A stretch of 64,000 bases of DNA from Dictyostelium discoideum. Its lineage: Eukaryota. The stretch spans positions 7,776,001 through 7,840,000 of the forward strand of contig CM000151.3 in the NCBI GenBank assembly GCA_000004695.1. The letters are read 5' to 3'. The first letter of the stretch is position 1; every line of letters begins with the position of its first letter. Shown piece after piece: positions 18,001 to 30,203 of this stretch. The notes beneath the pieces are model-generated. The model did no database searches. It saw only the letters and a program-made list of their open reading frames with translations, and was not told where the DNA came from. A program made the translations under genes and the position numbers.

Positions 18001-18975
18001 TCTCCATGGGTTGGCGAGGATTGTTTATCAAAAGTAATCATTGTACCACAACCATCAACAAATACCTCGCAACCATCAACTGAAATTCCAATTTTTGATG
18101 ATAATAATTCAGAATCAATTATGTTTAAATCATTGATTTCAATTGTTTCATTAAGAGAATTAGATTTCAATGATAAACAAGTAAACCAATATAAATTTGA
18201 TAAATGGACTTATTCAAAATTAAATGAAACAACAAATCAATATTTCACAAATATTACAATTCAACCATCAGCTTCAAATAATTTTAAAAGTAGTATAACT
18301 AATATCACTGCAACATTACAATGGTTTAATAAAGAAACAAATATAACATTTGCAAATGAACAATTACAAATGAAACCATCTAGTATTAAATATACAATTG
18401 AAATTTCACAATATAAATTCTCAAATGCATTAAATAAATTACAACTTGTAATGTCAGCATCATTAACATCTTTTAAAGGTGATGATAATAACATTTGTTC
18501 ATTCAATAAATTTGGTGAAACTACAAATGGTGATGATTCTGAATATATTAAAATCCAAGTTGATGATCATTCATTATATGGTAGATTTATTAAAAGAGCT
18601 TTCATTGATTCAAAAATTAGATCAATTTCAAATGTTCAATTGGATTCATCATTTGAAAATCCTTCCTCATCTTCATCCACATCCTCTCAACTATTCATTG
18701 GTATTGAAATTCCAATCTATAATGATAATGTTATTATAGATCCTGACTTTTCTGTACTAATAGACAGTAAAGCTGCCTCAAATAGTGATGATAATTCAAT
18801 ATGTTCATCAAGTATATCAAAACTATCAAAAACTCAACTTGCTGGTATTATTATTGGTTCAACCCTATTTGGTTTAATAGTGATAGTTGCCATAACCTAC
18901 TATGTCATAAATAAGAGAAAAAATACTAAAATGATTAACAGGATCCAAAATAAATTAAAAAAAGTTAACAAATAA
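14152..18975 (+). CDS. Secreted/type-I membrane modular glycoprotein (signal peptide, EGF-like Cys module, Ser-rich stalk, C-terminal TM); join(14152..14539,14656..14916,15065..15355,15451..15756,15849..16175,16254..16607,16706..18975)
   Basis: N-terminal 'MKFILFFIIIFYLISYINC' signal; EGF-like 'CKGNPICGGLNGYCSSSGCVCYSPWVGEDC'; poly-Ser; TM 'LAGIIIGSTLFGLIVIVAITYYVINKRK' then stop. All six inferred introns are phase 1 with GTAAAT/GTAAGA/GTATGT/GTAGGT/GTAAGT donors; exons 2 and 6 both open with 'END(F/I)(F)S'. Middle junctions are less certain. Confidence 0.55.
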
Positions 18976-18996
18976 AATATATAACAACAAATTTAA

Positions 18997-19032
<36 letters not shown>

Positions 19033-19175
19033 TTATTATTTATTTATATTTTTATTGATTATAATTATTTTTTATTTATTGATTTTTTTTATTTTTTTAT
19101 TTTTTATTTATTTTTTTTTTTTATTTTTTTTTGTTGATTGTTAAAAATGAAAAAAAAAAATAATTACAATCAGTG

Positions 19176-19228
<53 letters not shown>

Positions 19229-19599
19229 AAAAATTAAATAAATAATTAAATTTGCCGATTATTTAAATTGGATAAAGAAAATAAATAAAAAAAATCTCAA
19301 TATTTGGTGAATCAAATAAAAAATTACATTATAGATCAAAAATATCAATAAAATGTTACATATTAAACAAGAAAAAAAAAAGATTTTTTTTATTTTTTTT
19401 TTCGCAAATTTAAAAAAAATTAAAAATTTTACATTGGCTATGTAATTTCTATGTAAAAATTTCACACTAAAAATCATTTATTGAACGATATTTTTTCGAA
19501 TTTTTTTTTTTTTTTTTTTTTGGAATTTTTCAGTTGCCCTCCACACAAAATAAAATTTTTTACTCTCACTCGGCCTTTTCAAACTTACGTTAATCAAAT

Positions 19600-20248
19600 A
19601 TGGCAGAGTACGTGTTGATCACATAAATTTTTTTTTTATTTGTATCTGTGTTTTTTTTTTTTTTAAAGATAAAAAAAAAAAAGTAAAATAAAATAAAGTT
19701 AAATTCCCTTTAGAAATAAATAAATAAAAAAATAAAACAAAGAAAAAAAAATATATATAAAAAAAAAAATAATAATAATAAAAACAAGAATTATATTCTT
19801 CAATTTTCAAAAACAGATTTAAAAAAAATAATTTAGTCTATGATTTAGAGAGAATAGTCAAATATAGGATTTAGGTACACATAAACAACAACAAAAAAAA
19901 AAAAAATCGAAATAAAAAAAAACAATATATAATAAATTTTTATTGGGAATCTAAACTTTTTATATAATATTTTATATTTATTCTTATTTTTTTTTTTTTA
20001 AAAAAAAAAAGAAATAAAAAACACATGATTGTTATTTTTTTAAAAAAAATGAATAAACACTAATATTTATATATTTTTTTTTTAATTACAGTAAAAAAAA
20101 GAAGGGATCCAAAAAAGGTGGTAAAAAGTAAGTTGAAATAAAGTTTAGAATAGTATTATCATAGAAATTTTTAGCAACTTGATTATCTACATTTTTTTTC
20201 GGTTTTTTTCAAAAAAAAAAAAAGTCGGAAAAAAAAAGAGTGAATTTT

Positions 20249-20283
<35 letters not shown>

Positions 20284-21187
20284 GTGAGATAGAGTTGCGA
20301 TGATGAAATTGATAATACTATTTTTTTTTTAAAAAAAAAAGATAACTTGGAAAAAAGAATATTAATTTAGTTTAACTTTTTTTTTTTTTTTAAAAAAAAA
20401 TTAATTTAGAGTCGACCCATTCACCCGTAAGGAATGGTATGTTGTAAGAGCACCAACTCAATTCTTCAAATCACCAGCTGATAACAAAGTCGGTTTCACT
20501 CCAGTTAACAGAACCCAAGGTACCAAACTTGCTTCTGATGGTTTAAAGGGTCGTGTCTACGAAGTTTCACTCGCTGATATGAAAGACGATGAATCCCAAG
20601 TCTTCAGAAAGATCAAATTAAGAGCTGAAGAAGTTGAAGGTAGAAACGTTTTAACCAACTTTTACGGTATGGATTTAACCTCAGACAAACTCCGTTCATT
20701 AATCCACAAATGGTCCACCTTGATCGAATGTTTTGTTGATGTTAAGACCACTGATGGTTATTTCCTCCGTGTCTTTGCCATCTGTTTCACCAAAAAGGGT
20801 GAATCCCAAAAGAAAAAGACCTCATACGCCAAGACCTCCCGTGTTAAGGCTATCCGTAAGAAGATGGTTGACATTTTAACCGAAACCGTCTCATCCAACG
20901 ACCTCAAAACCGTTGTTGACTATTTAATTGGTGTCTCATTAAACGGTGTTACCACTAACGCCTCTGGTTTTGCCCCAACCCTCGCTGAAAAAATCAGAAT
21001 CGAAGGTTCATCAATCTTCCCAATCCACAACGTCTTCATCAGAAAGGTTAAAGTCCTCAAGACTCCAAAAGTTGATGCTGCTAAATTATCTGAACTCTAT
21101 GCTTCATCTGCCACCTCAACCATCGCCCCAACTGAAGAAGTAGGTACCGCTGTTGAAAGAACTGAAGAAACCACCACCACCGCTTAA
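19600..21187 (+). CDS. rps3a: 40S ribosomal protein S3a (eS1); join(19600..19607,20092..20127,20410..21187); the 8-nt first exon is tentative
   Basis: Exons 2-3 give '[73 protein letters not shown]...[16 protein letters not shown]...', colinear with human RPS3A; GC3-rich codons (ggt, acc, ctc) typical of highly expressed genes. Exon 1 'ATGGCAGA|GTACGT' is proposed because it gives 'MA(D)KKKK'. Confidence 0.8.
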
Positions 21188-21354
21188 AAAAAAATAAAAT
21201 AATTCCTTATTTTTAAAAATATATAAAAAAAAAACCCTTCTTTTTCTTTTTATTGTTTTATTTTCAAAAAAAAAAAAAAAAAAAAAAAAAGGAATGAATA
21301 ATAAAATTTTCTTTTTTAATTTTTATTTGTTTATATATTTTTTATTATTTTTTT

Positions 21355-21662
21355 TTAAAATAAAACTTGTGAATCTGGTATAGTTAAATTATTTTTATCA
21401 TTAATTGAAATAGTGTTTTTACCAAATAGAAATTCAGAGGATTTTACAGTATTCTTTTTACCTTCTTCAAATAATTTAGTAATACCAATCCAACCATCTT
21501 TACAATTTACCCACATTATATTATTATAAGGTTTTGATTTATCAGTTTCTAAAAAGAAAGAACCATGTTTTAAAGTTGTTGAATTTCTATTTTCATAATT
21601 TTTGATATCTATTAATAATTGTTTATACATTTCATTTGTGGTGGTTGTGGTTGTGGTTGTGG

Positions 21663-21715
<53 letters not shown>

Positions 21716-22500
21716 GAATCTGATGGTGGTTGTAACATTTCTTTTACTTTAATTGTTTTTGCAGATTTTGATTTCTTATTGTAAATCATTGTATTTAAAC
21801 CAATGTTATCACTGAATGCTTTATAAAGAATCCAAATCTCATTGATGGTTTGTGTTGACCATTCTAATTTTGACATTTTTCTATTCACTTTTGGTGCTAA
21901 AGTTTTACCTTGTTCAGTTTGATTTTTAGCATTTTTGGAAGATTCTGGAAAATCTTGAATTGTTGACATTACACATTCACTTCCTAATTCAACCAAGTTT
22001 GTTAGTAATTGATTGTATAGGATTTTATCTTTATCATATGGTTCCAATTTAATTTGTTTTAAAATTTTACCACAGTCGAATCTTTCGTGATGTAATTCTA
22101 TCACCGAGATACCAACATTATCATCGTCGCTTAGAATTTGGTGGTAAATGGGTGCAGCACCACGATGTCTTGGTAATAATGATGGATGCATATTAATACC
22201 ACCATATTTAAATTTTGATAATACTGATTTCGGTATGAAATGTCCAAATGATACAACCACGGCCAAATCAAATAATTCATCATTACCTTGTTCACTTTCA
22301 CCAGTCGTTATCTTTGGTACTTGAAATCCTTTCATACCATTAATTGCATCAGGATATGTTATCTTTAAACCATTCTCAATTGCATATTCTTCAACTAATT
22401 CTTTTTTTTCGGATTTTGGACAAATAACTTGTAATTCTTTAACTAAATTATTTGTTTTTAATTCTAATTTTTTTGAAAAAAAAATTAATTAATAAACCAC

Positions 22501-22548
<48 letters not shown>

Positions 22549-22755
22549 CCAAAAATAAAAAGTGTTTAAAAAAAATACATACATACTTTGGTTTTCATGA
22601 AGAGATTTTAAAATTGGTAATGAAACATTATCAGTACCAAAAAATAAAATTCTATATGGAGGTGATTTAATTATTGAGGTGGAAAAATATCTAATGTTAT
22701 TAAATAGAATTGAGTTTTTATTTTTGTTGGTTAAAATAGAACGTGATAAAAACAT
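21355..22755 (-). CDS. Mitochondrial methionyl-tRNA formyltransferase; complement(join(21355..22436,22587..22755)); the acceptor may be 22427 instead
   Basis: Formyltransferase core 'VVSFGHFIPKSVLSKFKYGGINMHPSLLPRHRGAAPI' (the SLLPxxRG motif); N-terminal presequence-like 'MFLSRSILTNKNKNSILFNNIRYFSTS'; 'YRILFFGTD' start of the catalytic domain; GTATGT donor. A (GTT)n tract encodes a ~27-residue poly-Thr insert in the C-terminal domain. Confidence 0.8.
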
Positions 22756-23231
22756 TCTTTAAATTCTAATATTTTTTTTTATTTAATAAATATGTTTTTA
22801 TGGTATTATTAAAAATTTAAAAAAAAAAAAAAATAAATGTTTTCGTAAAAAAAGCGAATATCAAAATTGATATTACGTTTTTGGCAAAAACTGGTCAAAA
22901 TGTGTTTTAATAAAAAAAAAAAAAAAAAAATCAATTTTTAATATTTTTTTTTTTTTTTTTTATTCTGAACACCAAACCCTTTTAAATTAAATTTTTCTAA
23001 ATTTCAATTAATATTTTTTATTTTTTTTATTTTTTTTATTTTTTTTTTTTTTTGCTACCCAACATAACTAATTTGTTTTATAGATTCAAAATTTTATTTA
23101 TTTGTTCATATAAATAAATAAATATATATAAAAAAAAAAAAAAGAATAAAAAAAAAAAAAAAAAAAAAATAATAAAATAATAAAAAATTAAATAAAGTAA
23201 TAATAGTAATAAAATAATATATATAATTAAA

Positions 23232-26200
23232 ATGGCAAAGGTAAAATTTTTAATTACTATTCTTTGTTTTTAAATTAATTTTTTTTAAATTAATTCCTGT
23301 CTTAATTTTTTTTTATTTTATTTTATTTTTTTTTTTATTTTTCAAATTAAGAAACATTCAAGAGAAGAAACAATAACATCACCAAGTCCAAGTGGAAATA
23401 CAACTACAACATCTACAACAAGTCCAACATCAACAACACCAACAAAAGAAAAAAGAACAAAAATTTCAAATGGAAATAATAAAGAAAAAGAAACCAATAG
23501 TAATAATAATATAAATACAAGTAATACAAATATTTTAAATGGTAGTGTTAATAGTTTAAATAATAGTAGTACAAATTTATTTACAACACATCAAAATAAT
23601 CCAGTAAAGAATTTAAAAGGATTTGATGATATTGGTGAAGGTATACTTAGATTCGAAGGATCAAAAGAAATTGATTTCATTGGATCAGTAAAGAGAGTTC
23701 ATTCAATGATGAAAGATTATTTAAAGAAAACTCCACAATATGATTACGAATTATTAAGTCAATTATTCAAATGTGATTTACAATTGAAATTAGAGAATCT
23801 TCAATTGTTTGGTGATATTTATGTTAGAAATTGTTTTAGTATCCTTTTATCAAATTATTTTAATCAAGCCAAAGATTTAGGTAAAGAGTTTAGACAAATT
23901 GGTGGTTTCGTTTTAGTGATTAATCCAATGGATATTGAAAGTCAACCAATGGTAACTGGTAGTATTTTAACTGCTCTTCATTTAAAAATGAAATGTATTA
24001 TTTATGTTGGTCCTGGTAATTTACCATTATCACAAATTACAAGAGTAAGAGTTATTATTATTTTTATTATTATTAATTATTAATTATTATTTTTTTTATT
24101 TTTATTACTAATTTAATTTTTTTTTTTTTTTTTAAAAAATAAAAGTTATATATGTGTCATGCTAGAGGTGCAAAAATTATATTTCATAAAGGTGATGTAT
24201 CATCATGTTATACAAGAGCATGGCAACATGCAAAAGATATGAGTATGGTATTTTTAGATTGTAAATTTATACCACATTTTAGTTTATTGGGTGCAGCAAC
24301 TATTGCACATGAAATGATGGAGGATAGTCCAGATAGGGAGACAATTATCATACCATTAAGATTATATTCACAGGGTTGGAGTTATGTCAGTGGTATTTCA
24401 ATTTTCTATAAGATTATGAAACCTGAAATCAAGATTATAGTAGTTCAAATGACTGATGATCTCTTTGGTAAAGATATTGAAGGTAAAGAATTTAATAGAC
24501 AATCATTATTCCCTGACCGTTTAGAGATTGGTTGGTTAGCATTAATTCATGATCAATCAGATCTTACCAATGTTTTCGACGCTTTCGATTCAAGAAATCA
24601 AGGTAAATTCTCTGATAAAGATTTAGAGGCATTATTGATAAGCATTGGTGGTGATCCAACTAGAAATAAATCAATGTGTCCAAAATCATCACTTTCTCAA
24701 ACTGAATTTGTTCATGAAGTAATCACAGAGATCACAAATGGTTTAGAGCAATTGGAGGAGAAATTTAGCTACTTTTTACCACAATTCAAATTGGATAACT
24801 TAATCAATCATAAAATCATCGATCAATTAGTAACAGCAACCGAGGATCAAGCTTCAATCGCTTTCATTAAATGTTTAGAGTATACCCATACTCTCACCAA
24901 TGGTAAGGGTTCAATTGCTTTGGGTGGTCTAATGAGTGGTAATATTCATTTAAGACCCGATGAAAAAGTATTGGTTATGTTATCAGGTGGTTATGTCGAT
25001 GTAATCGATTTTCAAACTATTTTAAACTATGGTTTAGATATCACTGGTCAAAGCTTTGAAATTGAATTGGATTTACCCGATAATACTACATCACTAAATA
25101 AAGTATTAAATGTTATTGGTGAAAATAAAGTATCAGTTATGGAGGTATTAATGGATCGTTCTTGTGAAACTTTAAAACAATATCATGTTAGAACTTCAAT
25201 TCAATGTCATTCAAGAAATTTTGAACAACAATTTAAAATCTTTGATGTTATTAAATCTTTAGGTTTTAAATATAGTTTAAGAAAATCTGCAATTCTAAAT
25301 AAAGAAGAATCTGGTTTCCTCTCACCACCAATGATTAAGCCTTCAACAAATTTATCAATTTCTCAATCAATTAATATTGGTAGTAGTGTAACGAGTTTAC
25401 CATCATTTCCAAATACTTTAAATTCAAGTAGTTCAAATGCATTTAATAGATTTGGTAATGGTAATGGTAGTTCATCAAATACAACATCACCATCACCACC
25501 ACCACAACTACCACCACAATTACAATATAAAATTTCACCAAAACCATATCATCAACAAAAAAGAAATATTGGTGATATAACAGTTCAATCAATTAGAGAA
25601 GCACATAATAGAATTAAACATATTATGACTCAACCACCCATTTATCATTCAACTACCTATTCAAAGATTTGTGGTTGCAAAGTTACATTAATGTTAGAGA
25701 ATACTCAAAAGACTGGTAGTTTTAAGATTAGAGGTTCATCGAATATGGTGTTAAGAGCATTGGAAGGTGCAATGGTAAACACTGATGAAAGACCAGTTGG
25801 TTTAGTTGCTGCCTCTGCAGGCAATCATGCTCAAGGTGTAGCTTTAATCTCTGCAAAAGTTGGTTTACCTTGTACAATCGTTTGTCCAGAGTATGCACCA
25901 GATTCAAAATTATCATCAACTCGTCAATATGGTGCCGAAGTCATTAAAAAGGGTAAAAGTCTTGAAGAGGCTGTCAAATTGGCCGATGAAATCTGTAAGG
26001 AAAGAAATTGGACATTGGTTAGACCTTACAATGATGTTGATGTAATCGAAGGTCAAGGTACAATGGGTTGTGATATCTATGATAAAGTACCAGATGTCGA
26101 TACTGTGGTTGTAAATGTTGGTGGTGGTGGTATGATCGCTGGTATCGCACTATTCTTGAAACGTATCAATCCAAACATTAGAATCATTGGTGTTCAATCA

Positions 26201-26965
26201 GCAAACGTTTCACCATTATCAGAATTTAAACAAACCAATCAATTCCGTTATATCGAACCAGCAGTTTTATCATTGGCCGATGGTACAAATGTAAAGATGC
26301 CAGGTGGTGTACACACTCAAGTACTTCATGATATGGTCGATGAGTATGTAACCGTTAGTGAAAATGAAATCGCTTCGACCATAGTTCATCTACTTTATAA
26401 TAGTCGTACAGTTTCAGAGGGTGCAGGTTGTTTAGGTTTGGCTGCATTAATGCATAAGAAAATTAAAGTTAGAAAGGATGAAAGGGTTTGTGTCATCATT
26501 TGTGGTGGTAATATCGATATGTCAACACTTCGTCAAGTCTATGAATATGGTTTACGTTCACTTGGTCGTTCTTTCACAATTCATTTAACAACTTGGGATT
26601 ATCCTGGGACCCTAAGTAAAATCATTGGTTTGGCTGCCCGTGCCGAATTAAAAGTTCGTGAAATTAGACATATCCGTGGTGGTGGTAATATCAATTGGAA
26701 TGAAGTTATCATTTCCCTCTCCTTCTATAGTAACTCTTTTAATCATCAAAACTTTTTCTTATCTCTATTGGCTCAAGAAGGTCTCTTCCCAAAGATTGTC
26801 GGTAGAAAATACATTAAAGATAATGAAATAGTCTATAAAATTTTCGATAAATCTGTTGATAAAAAGAATAAAGAATTAAAAGATACCTTTTCAGAAAGAC
26901 AACAACTATTTTTAGAACAATATGGAAAACAAGCCAATGTTTCTTTGGAAAGTAAAATGAATTAA
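23232..26965 (+). CDS. Threonine dehydratase/ammonia-lyase (IlvA-type, PLP enzyme) with an N-terminal degenerate second dehydratase-like copy; join(23232..23240,23352..24044,24146..26965)
   Basis: C-terminal half: 'TGSFKIRGSSN' (PLP-Lys motif), 'VGLVAASAGNHAQGVA', 'VVNVGGGGMIAGIA' glycine loop and an ACT-like 'SFTIHLTTWDYPGTLSKIIG'. N-terminal half aligns to it ('LKLENLQLFGDIYVRN' vs 'LMLENTQKTGSFKIRG'; 'QGWSYVSGISIF' in place of 'GGGGMIAGIALF'; 'SFEIELDLPDN' ACT-like), but the Lys is replaced by Tyr. Confidence 0.75.
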
Positions 26966-27165
26966 AAAATTTTTTAAATAAATAATAAAAAAAAAAATAA
27001 TAATAATAATATACAAATAAAATTATAAAATAAAATTCAAACATATATATTTAAGGAAATAAATAAAATAAATAAAACTTATATATATATATTATTATCA
27101 TTATTATTATTATTACTAATTTATTATTATATATTTTTTATTTTATTTTATTTAATTTTATTCTT

Positions 27166-27217
<52 letters not shown>

Positions 27218-27231
27218 AAAAATTAATTTTA

Positions 27232-27965
27232 TTAATTATTTGATTGTGAATCAAGAAATTGTTCAAATGCATGAGATTGTTTTCCAACAAGAGATTCTAA
27301 TCTTAATTTATATTCTCTATCAGAAACCAAAGCATTCAAAAATTTGGCTTCAACAAATTTCCAATTAATACATGACCAGAAATTTGCAATATATTTCTTT
27401 TTTTTTAAAAAAAAAAAATAAATAATTAAATAAATATTAAATAAATAATTAAATAAATAATTAAATAAATAAAATAGATTAGTATTTAAAAAAATATTAG
27501 TAATAAAATTAATGAAAATGAATAACTGTGAGTGTGTATTGATATTTACATTTTTATCACCATGGTCAGAAACGTAAGCATGTTCAAAAAGATCAAGACA
27601 TAAAATTGGGTGACAGTTTTGTAATTTTAATGGTGAACCTGATCCAAAGGTTGTGATAATTCTTAAAGCTTTATCATGGAAAACTAACCAAGTAAATCCT
27701 GGTACATTTAATGCTGATGCTGATTGTGAGAACTATTAGATTTTATAAAATATATAGTTTTAATGTTTTTTTTTTTTTTTTGTTTTTTTTTTGTTTTGTT
27801 AGTTTTTATCATTATCGTTGAAATATAATTATAATTATAATTAAATATCATTGTTAAATATATTTTATAACAAAAGGAATTGATGGGTAATATATGGTAT
27901 GTATTTTTGTTATTATTACTATTACTATTACTTTTATTATTATTATTTATTAATATTATTATCAA

Positions 27966-28017
<52 letters not shown>

Positions 28018-28432
28018 TACCTTTTGTTGGAAACCAGCAATTGAACCAAAATCTAATTCGAGTGCTTTTTTCATGTGAGCTGATGGAGTTTCTTTAATAT
28101 TTGAAATTGATCTCCAAAAGAATGAATGGTTGTAGTGAGATGATACTGATTCAAAAAATGGAGCATCCTCAATACTGGTGAATGATTGCTTGATGGCTTG
28201 GTTGATGGTAGTATCTTCCCATGGAGTTCCTAATTATTATTATTTTTATTATTATTATTATAATTATTATTTGTTGTTTCAATGATTATCAATATATTTT
28301 TATTTTTAGTTCAATTTTATTTTTGTCATTAGTAAATTATATTAACATTTAATAATAGTTCAACCTATTTGTTTTATCATATATTGTCTCATTGTCATCA
28401 TCATTATTATTATTATTATCATCATCATAATC

Positions 28433-28479
<47 letters not shown>

Positions 28480-29043
28480 ATTATTATATTAAATTGTCAT
28501 CATCAATATCACTACATCTGTTTTTTGTTTTTGTTGTTGTCGTTGTTTTTTGTTTTTGCTGTTGTTGTTTCTGTTTTTGCTTTTGTTTTTGTTTTTGTTT
28601 TTGCTTTTGTTTTTGTTTTTGTTTTTGTTTTTGTTTTTGTTTTTGATTTTGATTTTGATTTTGTTTTTGTTTTTGTTTTTGATTTTGTTTTTGTTTTTGT
28701 TTTTGTTTTTGTTTTTGATTTGTTGTAATCCTCATAATTCTATTATTGCTATTATATTTGGGAAGTAGATGGTTGAAAAAAAAAAAAAAAAAAAAAAAAA
28801 AATGAAAAAAAAAAAAAAAAAAAGGTAAAATTAAAACATACTTTGAACTAAATTATTTGCTTTTTCGATATCTTCTTGATGAAGTTTTACGTGTTGTTTG
28901 AGTGATGGTACTGACATGAAATTTTTGATACCACTATTTAAATATGGAATTTCTGGGAGTGTGTATATAAATCTTTTTTGCATTTCTGAGGCCATTGATT
29001 TTTGTACCAATGCCATTGTTTTACTAACAATATATCTATTCAT
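27232..29043 (-). CDS. sod2: Mitochondrial Mn/Fe superoxide dismutase; complement(join(27232..27396,27550..27732,28021..28229,28842..29043))
   Basis: 'MNRYIVSKTMALVQKSMASEMQKR' presequence, then 'FIYTLPEIPY', 'SSHYNHSFFW', 'VPGFTWLVF', 'LCLDLFEHAYVSDHGDKNKYIANFWSCINWKFV'. Compare SOD2 'KHSLPDLPY...HINHSIFW...GSGWGWLG...[33 protein letters not shown]'. GTATGT/GTAAAT donors, all junctions in phase. Confidence 0.85.
28520..28729. repeat. (TTTTTG)n hexanucleotide microsatellite (~35 units, a few GATTTT/TTTTGC variants) in sod2 intron 1, flanked by an (ATT)n run at 28432..28489
   Basis: tttttgtttttgtttttg... direct repeats; lies in the 612-nt intron between sod2 exons 1 and 2. Confidence 0.85.
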
Positions 29044-29269
29044 TCTTTTATTGATTGTTTGTTTGTGAAAATAAAAATAAACGTAAATTGATCAACAATG
29101 CAATATGAATATTTTGTTTTTTTCGTTCGACAAATGATCAAAAAAAAAAAAAAATAAAAAAAAATAAAAAAAAATAAAAAATAAAAAAAATAAAAAATAA
29201 AAAAAAAAAAAAATTTGGAAAAAAAAAAAAGTGAAAAAATGTTTTAAAAATAATATTAAAATCATTGAA

Positions 29270-29385
29270 TGTAGAAATAATTAATATAAATTAATTTTAA
29301 TTAACTTAATTGATATTTTAAAAATAAATTTAAAATCATTGAATCAATTAAGTTAATATTAAATTAATTTAAATTATTTCTATAT
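29270..29385. repeat. ~42-bp-arm imperfect inverted repeat in the sod2/phg1-like divergent intergenic region
   Basis: 'tagaaataattaatataaattaattttaattaacttaattgat' ... 'atcaattaagttaatattaaattaatttaaattatttctata' (arms reverse-complementary with a few indels); 'aaatcattgaat' is directly repeated at both arm starts. Confidence 0.6.
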
Positions 29386-29622
29386 TTTTATTAATTTTTT
29401 TCTTTTATTTTTTTATTATTTTTTCTTTTTAATTTTTTCAATTTTTTTTTTTTTATAATACTTAAGTACCATCAAAAAAAAAAAAAAAAAATCAAAATCC
29501 AAAATAAAAAAATCTTAATGTATGACTATTTTTGTTATCTATTTTTATTTTTTTAATTTATTTTTTATTACTGCATTCCAAAACTGGAAAAAATAGGAAA
29601 TTTGGAAGTCAGAAATTATTTT

Positions 29623-29664
<42 letters not shown>

Positions 29665-30144
29665 AAAAAAAAAAAATTATTATTTTGTGTTATCATGATC
29701 AAAATTTAAAGGGGGTCACATAGAAAATAAAAAATAAAAGAAAAAAAAAGAGGTGGCTAACCAGCATCGCATAAATTACTTTTCGTTGCTTTAATGCTGA
29801 AATTTTTATATCTGGACAATCCTTAGAAAATTTTTGTTGACTATTTTGAACAGTTTTCTTTTTTTTCTTTTATTTTTTTTTTTTTTTTTTTTTTTTTTTG
29901 TTTTTTTTTTTTTTATTTTTTAAAAATTAATTTTTTTTTATTTTATTTTTATTTTTTTTTTTTTTTCAAGAATTTGCCTGTTAAAAAATTATTAACATTT
30001 AAAAAGATAGTGAAATATCTATTTTTAATAGTTTTTTTATTTTTTATTTTTTTTTTTATTTATTTATATTTAGATAAAGAAGCGTCATATATGGTATTTA
30101 AATAAGAAAAAATAAAAGAAAAAAATAAAAATAAAAAGAAAAAA

Positions 30145-30176
<32 letters not shown>

Positions 30177-30203
30177 AAAAAATAAAATAAAATAAAAATC
30201 AAG

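Noticed and set aside
20296-20330. Box C/D snoRNA in rps3a intron 2 (ATGATGA C-box)
   Set aside because: No D box (CTGA) or terminal stem within 150 nt downstream; kept only as a weak candidate in findings.
22452-22670. Plus-strand ORF across the MTFMT exon 1 / intron region
   Set aside because: It runs through a poly(T) tract and the intron of the minus-strand gene; low complexity.
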